Below are positions 1-12,104 of a stretch of 64,000 nt of DNA, piece after piece. This stretch comes from Octopus sinensis (taxonomy: Eukaryota). The number at the start of each line of letters is the position of its first letter. The stretch's first letter is position 1. A program made the position numbers and the translations under genes. The notes beneath the pieces are model-generated. The model had not been told where the DNA came from, ran no database searches, and was given only the letters and a program-made list of their open reading frames with translations. Where the stretch lies: positions 186,620,001 through 186,684,000 of the forward strand of contig NC_042997.1 of the NCBI RefSeq assembly GCF_006345805.1. Reading direction: 5' to 3'.

Positions 1-445
1 AATACCGCTAAGCATTTCACCCGGTGTGCTAACGTTTCTTATTTCTTTACTGCCCACAAGGAGCTAAACATAGAGGGGACAAACATGGACAGACAAACAG
101 ATTAAGTCGATTATATCAACCCAGTGCCTAACAGGTACTTATTTAATCGATCCCGAAAAGATGAAAGACAAAGTCGACCTCGACAGAATTTGAACTCGGA
201 ATATAGCGGCAGATGAAATACCTATTTCTTTACTACCCACAAGGGGCTACACACAGAGGGGACAAACAAGGACAGACAAACGAATTAAGTCGATTATATC
301 GACCCCAGTGTGTAACTAGTACTTATTTAATTGACCCCGAAAGGATGAAAAGCAAAGTTGACCTCAGCGGAATTTGAACTCAGAACGTAACGGCGGACGA
401 AATACCGCTAAGCATTTCACCCGGCGTGCTAACGTTCCTGCTATC
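1..445 (-). mobile_element. SINE family B, head-to-tail multimer (about 3 units, cut by window edge)
   Basis: Three repeats of the body GGGGCTAAACACAGAGGGGACAAACAAGGACAGAC...GTCGACCTCGGCGGAATTTGAACTC; reverse complement of the full monomer at 59449-59675. Confidence 0.85.
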
Positions 446-525
446 TCACTGCCTGTGTCTGTATCTGCGTCTGTATGTGTGTGTTTGCTATGCACACCAC
501 ACACCACATGCGAAGTTAAGCTTAC

Positions 526-594
526 TGCTCACATTCATTACACACAGCAGCAAAATATTCTCCATTCAAACAAGACATTGTTTTCGTTTGGACA
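526..594 (-). CDS. candidate exon, VQTKTMSCLNGEYFAAVCNECE
   Basis: Minus strand: TTTTAAATACTAG acceptor, GTAAGC donor, 69 nt, one open frame (phase 2-2). No homology recognised. Confidence 0.2.
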
Positions 595-1559
595 CTAGTA
601 TTTAAAATGAATTTCATAGAAAGATAGCTTCTCTAACCAGAATCTACAAATCAACAAAACAATACAATAAATGTTTTGCACTCATTCACCTCATAACTAC
701 TCATCACAAAGATATTATTGCAGCTAAGAAATATGTCTTGCTGGTTATGAATTCACTGAATCCATCCAGGTTAGCCAGTCTATTCTGCTAGAGAATATAT
801 CAATATAAACTGCTTCACAATAAACAAATTAGATTAACAATAGCATAACTAATAATTCTCCAGCAATTCTTTGGTCCCACTCCTTGGTTTTTTTTTATGT
901 TTTGTTCTGTTTTGTGTTGTTTTTTTTTTGGCGGTGGTGGTGGTGGGGGATTGCTTTTTGTTTTTGTTGTTTTTGGTTTCTTCTTTCCTAAGAACTAACT
1001 AATGGACAACTAGTAAATCAGACTGACAGACAAACAATTAGATGGACAGAAATAGAGATGGATGGAAAGAAATAAAGGAAGGAAGGAAGGAAAGAATGAA
1101 GAAAAGGAGGCTGATAGAGCGAAAGAGAGAAAATGATAAATAAATAAATAAAGTAAAAATAATAAAGAGAAAAAAATAGGAAGAAAGACAGAAAAACAAA
1201 AAAGAAAAGGACAACAAAAATCTAGGAAAAAGGAAAAAGAATGTGGTTGACCAAAGCACAACCCTGTTGTTGAGTTCAAATCTGGGTTTTCTGTGAGGAT
1301 ATTTAACATCAGATATGGAGTTCATTCATTTCAGTTTATCATAGGCATGACTGTGTGTTTGGGAAGCTTGTTTTGCAGCCCTATGATTCCAGGTTCAGTC
1401 CCACCACACAGCATCTTGGACATGTCCTTTATACTTTTATAGCGTTGTGCTGACCAATGCCTTATGAAGGATTTTGGTGGACGGAAACTGTGTGGAAGCC
1501 CATCATGGTGATGAGTGTGTGTGTCTGTGTGTGTGTGTTATATTTATATATGTATGCAT

Positions 1560-1870
1560 ATGTGTTGAGTGTTGAGCCCCATGGAGGCAAAGCGGCCAGA
1601 TTCCTATTGAGCATTGGGCCTCATGGAGGCAAAATGGCTGAGTTCCTTTTGAGTGTTGGGCTTCACAGAGGCAATGACCAAGACCTTTAGCATTATGTTA
1701 TGCTTGAGATGAGGACCCATCAATCTGAACAAAATCAGTTGGACAGTTTGACCAGGGTTGTAAGCTGGAAGGTTGCACCCGACTCCAGTCTGATTTGGTA
1801 TGGTTTTCTATGGCTGAATGCCCTTCCTAATGCCCACAACTCCAAGAGTGTAATGGGTGCTTTTGCATGC
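1560..1870 (+). mobile_element. family C retroposon, degenerate copy
   Basis: GGAGGCAATGACCAAGACCTTT head repeats and GCTGAATGCCCTTCCTAATGCC segment shared with other C copies. Confidence 0.6.
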
Positions 1871-1929
1871 CACTAGCCCTATGTATATGTATGTATATAT
1901 GCATATATATATATATTTATATATATATA

Positions 1930-3045
1930 TAAATTTAAATAATAAGGGTGAAAAATTGAATATAAATTTGATTAATATCAATTTCAAATCAGTGGCCTAG
2001 CATATTGAAAAATCTGAAGATTCAGAAAAATAATATTACATACATATAAGAGTGATGACCACTAAGTGGATATCCATTATGCTAGAGGTACCAGTGCCGG
2101 TGGCACACAAGAAAACCATCCGAACGTGGCCGTAGCCAGTACCGCATCGACTGGCCTCCGTGCTGTGGGCACGTAACAAACACCATCCGATCGTGGCCGT
2201 TCGCCAGCCTCATCTGGCACCTGTGTCGGTGGCACATAAAAACACCATCCGAAGACCGGCAAGACTAGTCAGGCCATAACCCGTGGCCCCTACCTGGGAC
2301 GTAGTCAGTCCACCTGTGCATACCTTCCTTCTTGTGACACTTGTGAAGACCTGTTGAGGCAAGTGAAAATCAAATCAAAACAAATCAAAATAGATGAACA
2401 TCAATGGAATTTGTATCTTTGTGGTACCAGTGCCGGTGGCACACAAGAAAATCATCCGAACGTGGCTGTAGCCAGTACCGCATAGACTGGCCTCTGTGCT
2501 TTGGGGACGTAACAAACACCATCCGATCGTGGCCATCCGCCAGCCTCATCTGGCACCTGTGTCGGTGGCACATAAAAACACCATCCGAGCGTGGCCGTCT
2601 GCCAGCCTCGTCTGGCACCTGTGTCGGTGGCACATAAAAACACCATCCGAGCGTGGCCGTTCGTCAGCCTCGTCTGGCACCTGTGTCGGTGGCACATAAA
2701 ATCACCCACTACACTCTCGGAGTGGTTGGCGTTAGGAAGGGCATCCAGCTGTAGAAACACTGCCAGATCTGACTGGCCTGGTGCAGCCTTCGGGCTCCCC
2801 AGACCCCAGTTGAACCGTCCAACCCATGCTAGCATGGAAAACGGATGCTAAATGATGATGATGATGATGATGATGTAGACCCGATATATTTTATATCTCA
2901 TATTTTGTATCTTTTCATTTCTCTTGCTCACTTATGTTCTGGCATTTGCTGAATTTTCTTGAGAACAATCTTTTCTTAGTGGTCAGAGCATATGGGGTCT
3001 ACCGCTAGCATAATGGATGTCCACTTAATGGTCATCCCTCTTATA
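1930..3045. mobile_element. Penelope-type palindromic element interrupted by a family C insertion
   Basis: Arm TAAGAGTGATGACCACTAAGTGGATATCCATTATGCTAG (about 2047-2085) is the inverse of CTAGCATAATGGATGTCCACTTAATGGTCATCCCTCTTA (about 3005-3043); uninterrupted relative at 43580-43830. Confidence 0.6.
2087..2875 (+). mobile_element. family C retroposon with internal ~61-bp hairpin-unit array and (TGA)n tail
   Basis: Units CACCATCCGAGCGTGGCCGTT-GCCAG-loop-CTGGC-ACCTGTGTCGGTGGCACATAAAAA; 3' CACCCACTACACTCTCGGAGTGGTTGGCGTTAGGAAGGGCATCC...GCATGGAAAACGGATGCTAAA(TGA)n. Confidence 0.85.
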
Positions 3046-5092
3046 TATATGTAACATATATATATATACATACATGCATACATACATACATACATACATA
3101 CATACACATATATATATATTTATATATATCTTTATATAAGGATCATATATATAAAAACCATGTATATTGTGTGTGTGTGTGTGTGTGTGTGCATGTGTTA
3201 TAGGTAGTTAGGGTAAATCCCAACTATATATACATATATATGACAGGCTTCTTTCAGTTTCCGTCTACCAAATCCACTCACAAGGCTTTGGTCGGCCCAA
3301 GGCTATAGTAGAAGACACTTGCCCAAGGTGCCATGCAGTGCGACTGAACCCGGAACAATGTGGTTCTTAGGCAAGCTACTTACCACACAACCACTTCTAT
3401 ACCTGTCTGATGGATTTTTTTAATAGAAAATTCTTTACATGACTATCTGACATGCCAATCCTTGTAATTCCTATTAGCAAATGAAACATGTGTAATGGAG
3501 TATAAATAATACCAAAAATTTTCGCTTTTCTGTTTTATTTTATGTATATGTGTGTATGTGTGTATGTATGGTATTTGTGTCTGTGTTTACCCACCCCCTC
3601 ACTTGACAACTGAAGCTGGTTCCTTTTTGCCTCTATAACTAAGCAATTTGGCAAAGGAATTCAATAAAATATGTATCAGGCTTAAAAAAAAATAAGTCAA
3701 TTTGTTCGGCTATACCCTTCAAGGTGGTGCCCCAGCATGGCTGCAGTCTAATGGCTGAAACAAATAAAAGATTAAAGACGTGGACAACTGACCTTATGGC
3801 TATGAGAGTTCAAGCCAAGCTGAAGTTATTGCATTGTAATGTGCTTCTTTACCCAACCTATATTTGAATACCAAAAGCTATATCCCTCTCCTAGCACCAA
3901 TCTGTTTAAGTGCTCTCGTTAATGCCAGTCCTACTTCATAGTTGAGTGGTTAGAGGTAGAAAAACGCATCCAGCCGTAAAAGTGTTTTGTTCCAAAAATA
4001 TGTAACTGTCCACAGTTTTGCCATAAAGTAAACAACAGCATGCCGCTCTTGTGTTTGACAAGAGCGAGATCAATGGGAAACAGCAAAATGAATTTGCGTT
4101 TCTGCGTTGCACTTGTTTGGCGAGTGACTTCATCCGAGTGTGCATGTGTGTTTGTTTGCATGTATGCATGTATGTGAGCGCATGAATGTGTATGCATGCA
4201 CATTGGAACTAAAACAAGTGCACCGTGGGTTATTTTGTAAAGCATTAGAACTTTCATAATATTCAATTATATTTCATATTTATTTCAATGTTATTTTGTA
4301 GGTAATCTTGCTGCATCAGTGCATAAGACGGCAATAAAAGTGAAAGGCTGACAAGTGTGAAAGAAAATTGATGTTTACTACTACTACTACTAATAATAAT
4401 AATGATGGTTTTAAATTTTGGTACAAGGCTAGCAATTTCAAAGGAGGTAATAAGTCAACTACATCAACCCCAGTACTCAACTGGTACTTATTACATCAAT
4501 TCTGAAAAGAAGCACTAAGTTATGGGAATGTAAACAAACCAGTCCCTGTTGTTAAGTAGTGGTGGGACAAACACACACACAGATATGAGCGTGTGTGTGT
4601 GTGTGTGTCCATCCAATCCATGTATATTCAGCCGAAATTGCAAAGATAATCTGGTACTCGACTGAGGAAAGAAAACTTCGAATGACCCATCCTTGTTTTC
4701 TTTGTATCATCTATCTGGATGTTTTGTTGTACCATTTTTGTATCACCTAACTCTCTGGATGTTTTGCATTCTTGCCCCATTTTTTATTTTATATATATAT
4801 ATATTATAATAATAATAATAGTAGGGAATATAATTCCAAAACATACAGGGAAAAATATGCATAGTCTTTTTACTACTATTAACAATTTATTGTACTTTAT
4901 TGATTTTTAGAATAAGGTTTTTATTTTATATGTTTTCTATATGGTGTGAATAACATCTTTCTTTATTGAATTGTTTAATAGAGGTATTTCTCTAAATTAT
5001 ATGCATATATATACTGGAGTAAGCACATAGATGTGAAACAAGGTGGAAAAAAGAGTACTCAGATACTAGAGGTAGAGTAATATGCTTTATTT

Positions 5093-5297
5093 AAAAGCAA
5101 CAGAAATATAACAAAAGCTGTTACTCAGAGTTTCACATTCCTGTTCGTTGGATAGATTTTGTTAAAATAGAACAGAAATAACATCTCTTGACAACTGATG
5201 TTAGTGTGTTTATTTCTGTTCTATTTTAACAAAACTGTCCGACGAATGGGAACATGAAACTCTGAGTATCAGCTTTTGTTATATTTCTGCTGCTTTT
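5093..5297. repeat. ~90-bp inverted repeat (Penelope-type), each arm carrying a hammerhead-like motif
   Basis: AAAAGCAACAGAAATATAACAAAAGCTGTTACTCAGAGTTTCAC... is the inverse of ...CATGAAACTCTGAGTATCAGCTTTTGTTATATTTCTGCTGCTTTT; spacer about 25 nt. Confidence 0.85.
5231..5277 (+). ncRNA. minimal type I hammerhead ribozyme-like motif (U4C variant)
   Basis: AAAACTGT-CCGACGA-ATG GGAA CAT-GAAAC TCT GAGTA-TCAGCTTTT: stems I, II and III and the core are in hammerhead order; one core substitution. Confidence 0.6.
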
Positions 5298-5374
5298 AAA
5301 CAATATATATATATTTCGTTTTTGGATTTGGTTTGCAAGATTCTTTATATGAGTTCGTGTGTTGAAGCATATTC

Positions 5375-5520
5375 TGTTGTGTCTAGGGAGACACATGAAA
5401 AGGTTGCAACACGCAACGAAGATTTTAGAAAATAAAAATAAGAAATAAGTGGAAATTTTACCGGTGAGTGTGTTAGATAATAAGGCACTAAAAGAGAATG
5501 TCTCTCCTTAGACACAACAT
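5375..5520. repeat. palindromic element with inverted ends
   Basis: GTTGTGTCTAGGGAGAC pairs with GTCTCTCCTTAGACACAAC; related sequence at 24520-24600. Confidence 0.55.
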
Positions 5521-5660
5521 TTGACTGCAGCCATGCTGGAGCACCACTAATTGACCCCAGGCATTTCTCCATGTGATTGGCTTGAAAAATTATTAAGACA
5601 CTAGGATACTTTCCTACTTTCCTTAACATGAAACCAATAAACGAATAAAATATATATTTT

Positions 5661-5852
5661 ATTCGTTTATTTGTTTCAGTCATTTGACTGCAGCCATGCT
5701 GGAGCACCACTAATTGACCCCAGGCATTATCCTTTGTAAGCCTAGTACTTATTTTATCAGTCTCTTTTGCCAGACTGCTAATTTACAGGGATGCAAACAC
5801 CAACATTGGTTGTCAAGAAAATGTTGTTGGGGACAAACACACACACACACAC

Positions 5853-5898
<46 letters not shown>

Positions 5899-6058
5899 GA
5901 CGGGCTTCTTTGAGTTTCTGTCTACCAAATTCACCCACAAGGCTTTGGTCAACCCAAGGTTATAGTAGAAGACACTTGCGCAAGGTGCTGCACAGTGGGA
6001 CTGAACCCGGAGCCATGTGGTCAGTAATCAAGCTACTTACCATGCAGCCACTTCTTAT
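5661..6058 (-). mobile_element. tRNA-derived SINE family A
   Basis: Reverse complement of the full copy at 12496-12893, with internal (TA)n/(CA)n. Confidence 0.85.
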
Positions 6059-6890
6059 ATATATATATATATATTGATAGAAAAGGTAAGACAACAAAAG
6101 AATGAAAGAGACCTTGATATTATGTAAATAGAGGAATTTATCTGTAAATAAAATATGTGACAATCATGGCTACCAAATAATTGTCACATATTATAGTTAT
6201 ATATATACACGCAACAGGCTTCTTTCAGTTTCCATCTTCTGAATCCACTCTAAAGGCTTTGATAGGCATGATGGGGCTATAGTAGAAAACACTTGTCCAG
6301 CATCATCCCATGACAACATGGTTGGGAAGCAACATTCCTACCTACACAGCCACCCCTGAGGCTATGCATATGTTAGAAATTCCTGAAGGTGGTGAATTAG
6401 CAGAATCAGACAAAATGCTTTGCAGTATTTTGTTACTTATTTCTACATTCTGAGTTCAAATCCCATTAGGGTGAACTTTATTTTCCATCCTTCTGGCAGT
6501 TGATAAAATCAAGTATCAGTCAAGCATTTTGCATGATTTATCCGAATGTGCCCTCCTCCAAAATTTGTGTGGCTCAGTGCCAATTATTTCTGTTGTGGTT
6601 GTTGTTGTTGGTTGTGGCGGTGGTGGTGGTGGTGGTGGTGGTGGTGGTGTTTTTGTTGCTAATCTGATGCTAGTTTATTTGAACATGTAACCTGTTTAGA
6701 CAGGAAACTTTAGGTGAATGAGGGGAAAATTGAAACCAGAATAAATCAGGCTAATTTTAGATGTTTATTGTTTCCTAAATCCTTAGCTTCTCCGTTTTCT
6801 GTGTAACTGAGTAGGTAGTGGAACAAGGAGAAACAGAGAGAGAGAGAGAGAGATAAGAGAGAGAGAGAGATAAGAGAGAGAGAGAGAGAG

Positions 6891-6924
<34 letters not shown>

Positions 6925-7509
6925 TGGGGGAAAGAGAGACAAGTTGATTTAAAACTCCCAGTCTTATCATCAAAAAGAAAGTATTATGTGGGATTTCAGA
7001 AAAGATGGAGAAAAGAGTTCATAGAAGAAATAAACAACGTTGAAGAAACGTTCAGTCTGTCACTGATAGTTATCAGTAACACTGAATGAATGGCAAGATC
7101 ATCCCATTACTTCGCTTCGGGTATCAGCATCTGCCCAACCCGACATTCCACTGATGCATTTGAGAGAACAAACTATTGGTATGTGATCCCTGAATACTAA
7201 CTAACTGACTAACGAACGAAATGTTCCTTCGTTCGTTTGTTTCTGATGTGGCTATTTATTTTACACAGTGTTTTTTTTTTGGTTCTTTCTTTTTCTTTTT
7301 CTTTTTTGTATTTCTCTTCTTTTGGCAAGGAACCAGCAAGCAAACAGGTGCATTTACAGTAATTCTACGGGTTTACTTCCATACTGGTACTTACCCCTAA
7401 AAATAAAGAAAACAAAAGTAAAAAAAAAAAAGAAAAAAGAGCAAAGGAAGGACATGCCACCCCCACTCCTTTAATATGCTGCAAAGAATTTCACAATGGC
7501 GTTTGGGAT

Positions 7510-7609
7510 TACATATTCTTGTACCATCTCTCACTCTCTCCCTTTCTCGCTCTCCCTCTCTTTCCCCTCTGTGTTTTTCTCTCTTTCTTTCTCACTTGCT
7601 CTCTCTCTT

Positions 7610-7652
<43 letters not shown>

Positions 7653-7653
7653 T

Positions 7654-7694
<41 letters not shown>

Positions 7695-8000
7695 GCTTGT
7701 TTTCCTAGCAAGGGATGTCATATTCGTCACATCTCTCTGACTTGCTCGCTCTCCCTCTCTCTCTCCTTCTCTTGATCTCTCTCCTTTCCTTGCTGTTTCT
7801 CTCCTGTCCTTATGCTCTCTCTCTTTCTCTCTCCCTCTCTCTCTTTTTCTCTCCCTCTCTTTTTCCTTATTCTCTCTCTCTTTCATTTTTCTCTCTCTCT
7901 CTTTCATTTTTCTCTCTCTTTCCTTACTCTCTCTCTCTTTCCTTACTCTCTCTCTCTTTCCTTACTCTCTCTCTCTTTTTCCTCTCCCTCTCTCGTTTAT
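7510..8000. repeat. (CT)n polypyrimidine tract with higher-order TTCCTTACTCTCTC motifs
   Basis: About 490 nt almost purely C/T on the + strand. Confidence 0.9.
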
Positions 8001-8399
8001 ATGAAGGCATTGGTTTTATGGTTAAAATGATGGACTCACAATCATTAGACCTTCAGTTTGACTCCCAGAATGGACAGCACAACACATTATGTCCTTAATC
8101 AAAGTATTTTATTTCCCAATGCTCCAATCCACTTCACTGAAAACAAGCATAATCCAGGGGATAACTTTCATCCATGTCTGGAAACATGCAAATTTAACCA
8201 TCCCTCAATTTTATCAAAAAGGAAGTTCAGCCCATTCTACTATCAACTTTCTTTTAAAGTCATTTAACTGTCAGCCTATCAATTCTACAATTTACCATCC
8301 TTAATAATAATAATAATAATAATAAGCAAGGTACCCTCCTTGTGTCCAGGGGTCAGTTTGCCAAATCTCTCCAGTTTCCTCTATGTTGTGCAGCATTCT

Positions 8400-8770
8400 T
8401 TTATTCTTTTATTCTTTTATTTGTTTCAGTCATTTGGCTGCGGCCATGCTGGAGCACCACCTTTTAGTCGATTAAATCGACCCCCAGGACTTATTCTTTG
8501 TAAGCCTAGTACTTATTCTATCGGTCTCTTTTGCTGAACCGCTAAGTTACAGGGACATAAGTAAACACACCAGCATCGGTTGTCAAGTGATGTTGGGGGG
8601 ACAAACAGACACACAAACATATACACATTCACACATATATACATATACATATATACAATGGGCTTCTTTCAGTTTCTGTCTACCAAATCCACTCACAAGG
8701 CTTTGGTTGGCCCGAGGCTATAGTAGAAGACATTTGCCTAAGGTGCCACGCAGCAGGACTGAACCCAGAA
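8400..8770 (-). mobile_element. SINE family A
   Basis: GTTTCAGTCATTTGGCTGCGGCCATGCTGGAGCACC...GGACTGAACCC diagnostic segments. Confidence 0.85.
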
Positions 8771-8873
8771 TATATACAATTGGCTAGACTCTTATTTCGA
8801 GTTTGTTCTTTGATGGCATCACTTCAAAAACATCTTTAAAGGCTACTTGCTGTCTTCCACTACACATTTTCTG

Positions 8874-8955
8874 CAGGACTGGATTAACCATTAAGCAAAA
8901 TAAACACATGCTTAGGGCATCAAGCAAAGGGAGAGGGCACCACAGACCCTCCATA
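8874..8955 (+). mobile_element. hAT-like MITE left end
   Basis: CAGGACTGGATTAACCATTAAGC...GCTTAGGGCATC; a similar end (CAGGTCTGGATTAAG...GGCCCTAAGCAC on minus) lies at 49400-49473. Confidence 0.4.
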
Positions 8956-9184
8956 AATCCAAAATTTTATTTTGGAATTTATGGAAGCAACTGTCTTTGA
9001 AAACTCATATTCTAGTTGAATGCTCAAAATGAGGAGTAGATAGACAGCCGACAACTGATGAAGGGTCGTTCTTTGTGTTAGTTGTCCTGTTTTCCATTTT
9101 TTCCTCTCATCGTTTGCGTATTTAACTTGTTTGTTTTCGTACTTCATGTTGTTTACACAGTTGGTGAAGTCCTGTACCCATATA

Positions 9185-9224
<40 letters not shown>

Positions 9225-9290
9225 CATACATACATACATACTACATACATACATACATACATACATACATACCATACATACATACATACA

Positions 9291-9326
<36 letters not shown>

Positions 9327-9550
9327 CACACACACACATCTGTGACAGGTCTCTTTCAGTTTCCACCTACCAAATCTATTCACAAGGCTTTGGTCAATCC
9401 AAGACACTTACCCAAGATGTTATGTAGTGGGACTGAACCAGAACCATGTGGCTGGGAAGCTAGCTCCTTACCACACAGCCATACATATATATTTTTCTTC
9501 TTTCTCACTGATTATTCTTATTTCTAACACCCACTATATCCTTTTCTCTT

Positions 9551-9586
9551 TCTTCTGATGAAGGACTAATGCCCAAAATGTTAAGA
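9551..9586 (+). ncRNA. degenerate minimal hammerhead-like motif
   Basis: TCTT-CTGATGA-A GGAC TAAT GCCC-AAAAT GTT-AAGA: intact CUGAUGA and stem I, GAAAC decayed to AAAAT. Confidence 0.45.
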
Positions 9587-9705
9587 CTTTTTCTCTTTCC
9601 TTTAAAGTATTAAGCTAATAGCTTATTTATTAATGCCTTATTTGTAAAACATTCTTTTTCAGTTGTCCTTTTTTATTGTTCATAGCATTTACAATACAAA
9701 TGAAA

Positions 9706-9739
<34 letters not shown>

Positions 9740-10899
9740 TATTACATACATATAATATTATATACATTTTACTACCGCTGTTTTGCACTCTCGTATTTTA
9801 CTATATTTCATAAATAACAGGAATTAAATTATCTTTATTTTCTTCTGGGCTACAATGTCACATTCTTTTAGGTAGTCCAAAATGAATTCTAAGACAGTAA
9901 ATAAATAAATATATATATAAATAAATAATAATAAATAAATAAATATCAAGCCCTAAAGTATTATAGAAAATAAATATAAAAATAAATCAAAGCAGAAATT
10001 CCAGCAAAATTAATCTTTATGTTCATCGAGATGTTCTTAAAAATCTATGGAACGAGAATTGACTGTAAAAATACATACATAAAACAAATGTCAAAACAAC
10101 AAAAAAATACTAATACGAAATATTTCCTTTTCCTTAAATTTACTTGATGTACTATCACATAATTATAAGAGGTCACAAGGTTGGATGATCTCTCAGCTAT
10201 ACATATATATTTTTTCAATTTTTGTGAATTATAATGTTTGGGCTATTGAAAGATCTTCATCTCAGTGTTTTATATATTTAGTAATTTAGTTTGTTTTTTT
10301 TCTTTAATTTTCTCTTTTAACAGGTTTCTTGGGATTGAAATAATGTAAAAAAAAAAACCCCAAAAAATGGAAATTTAAATTTTACTTCTAACATATATAG
10401 TTCTGAAAGATGAAGAGCCAATGAAAGAGCCCTTACATAGTCAACTGACATGCTAGAAATAGCAACTAGATCTACCAGAAACCACACTTTACTGCCTTTA
10501 ATAATAAAATTTTTGGTATAGGACTGGAATTTTTTTGAGAGGAGGGGGAACTTGATTACATTGACTCTAGTAGTTGACTGGTACTTATTTTATAGACTCT
10601 GTAGGGGTGAAAGGCAAAGTCAGTCTCTGTAGAATCTGAACTCAGTACATAAAGACAGAAGAAATTCTGCTAAGCATTTCGTACAATGTCCAAATGATTC
10701 TGCCAGCTCACCACTGTTACTGCTTTTAATAATAATAATAATAATAATAACAACACCAACAACAACAATAACAACAACAACAACAACAGAAAAAAGATGG
10801 TATAGGCACACACCAGAAAAGGTCACAGAAATTGAGAAATATAATATTTCCATTATCGAACAAATATCTGTCTAAAAAATCTGTCAGTAGAATTGGTCA

Positions 10900-11165
10900 A
10901 AAATGCATGGTGAATATATGTAGGTATAATTAAGCAGAGGTGCTACCTCCTACAAACAGAATAGGGTAGCAGAAGCACAAAGAAACCATGAACTGTGCAA
11001 ATCTAGAGGCCAACTCCTAGCCTTCATTCCCAATGGGTCACCGGTAACTGACTGCTGCAGAGACTTCCGAGCATGCATTGGCCTGATCGGCCACAGCCGG
11101 GTGCTTTGTGACCCATCTTCTTCCCCAATGGGATCTTCTTTGTCATCATTGACAATGATGGATAA
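10900..11165 (+). mobile_element. RTE-clade LINE 3' end
   Basis: One frame reads GATSYKQNRVAEAQRNHELCKSR...DCCRDFRACIGLIGHSRV, matching the RTE C-terminal C..C.R.FRARIGL.SH.R.H motif; followed by GTCATCATTGACAATGATGGA and an (ATT)n run. Confidence 0.75.
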
Positions 11166-11167
11166 AC

Positions 11168-11203
<36 letters not shown>

Positions 11204-12052
11204 ATTATTATTATTACTATTATTATTATTATTATCATTATCATTATTATTATTGTTGTTGTTGTTTTACTTCTCAGAACATTCGTGCATCTCCAGATAT
11301 TGAAGTATCTATGATCTTGGTTTCTCCTACATATTCAGCTGGTCAACAGCCCTTCAGCTGGTCAGCTCCAGTTAAACCTTCCAAACTATGCCAGCATGGG
11401 AAAAGGACGTCAAAAGATGATGATGATGACAATGATGATGATGATAATGATGATGACAATTACAATGACAACGATGAATATGATGATGATGATGGTGATC
11501 ATCATCATCATCATTATCATCATGAATAATGATGTAGCTATAAATTCCTTCAAAAAAAGGAAAGATGGTCATGTTTGGTATGTCTTCATCCAAAGTCTGC
11601 CAAAACAACAACCAAACAATAGCAAAAAGATGATTTAGCTTCAGTGAGTCATTTCTTAGTGATTAGTAAAGACTTAAAAAATCAGAAAAATATAAGTTCC
11701 AAGAAAATATCTGAAGCCTTTCCTATTCTGGATTCCATTTATTTTGTCTTTGATCACATTGCCTTCCTTGTGATGTATTTTAAAATTTTTATATTTAAAG
11801 CAATTGCATGGTACTTAACAAATATCTTCATTTTATAATTAATGTACCTACCAGTCTTTCTGTCTATCTAAATGTCTATCTGTCTGTCTGTCTGTCTGTC
11901 TATCTATTCATTCCTATCTTCACTCACGTTCTCTCTCTCTCACTCTCATGTAAGTATATATATATATATGTATGTGTGGATATATATAAATATATATATA
12001 TACACATATGCATGTATGTATACATATATATATATATACATATATATATACG

Positions 12053-12104
<52 letters not shown>

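Noticed and set aside
2404-2851. Overlapping 67-127 aa ORFs; CRISPR-like appearance
   Set aside because: GC-rich tandem units of family C; variable parts are only 6-11 nt, there are no cas genes and the context is eukaryotic.
4660-4690. CTGAGGA-AAG AAAA CTT-CGAAT hammerhead-like motif
   Set aside because: GAAA core incomplete and no convincing stem I or III.
8790-8880. Minus peptide VLQKMCSGRQQVAFKDVFEVMPSKNKLEIRV (C2-like look)
   Set aside because: Its acceptor falls inside a hAT-like TIR and there is no good donor before the stop.
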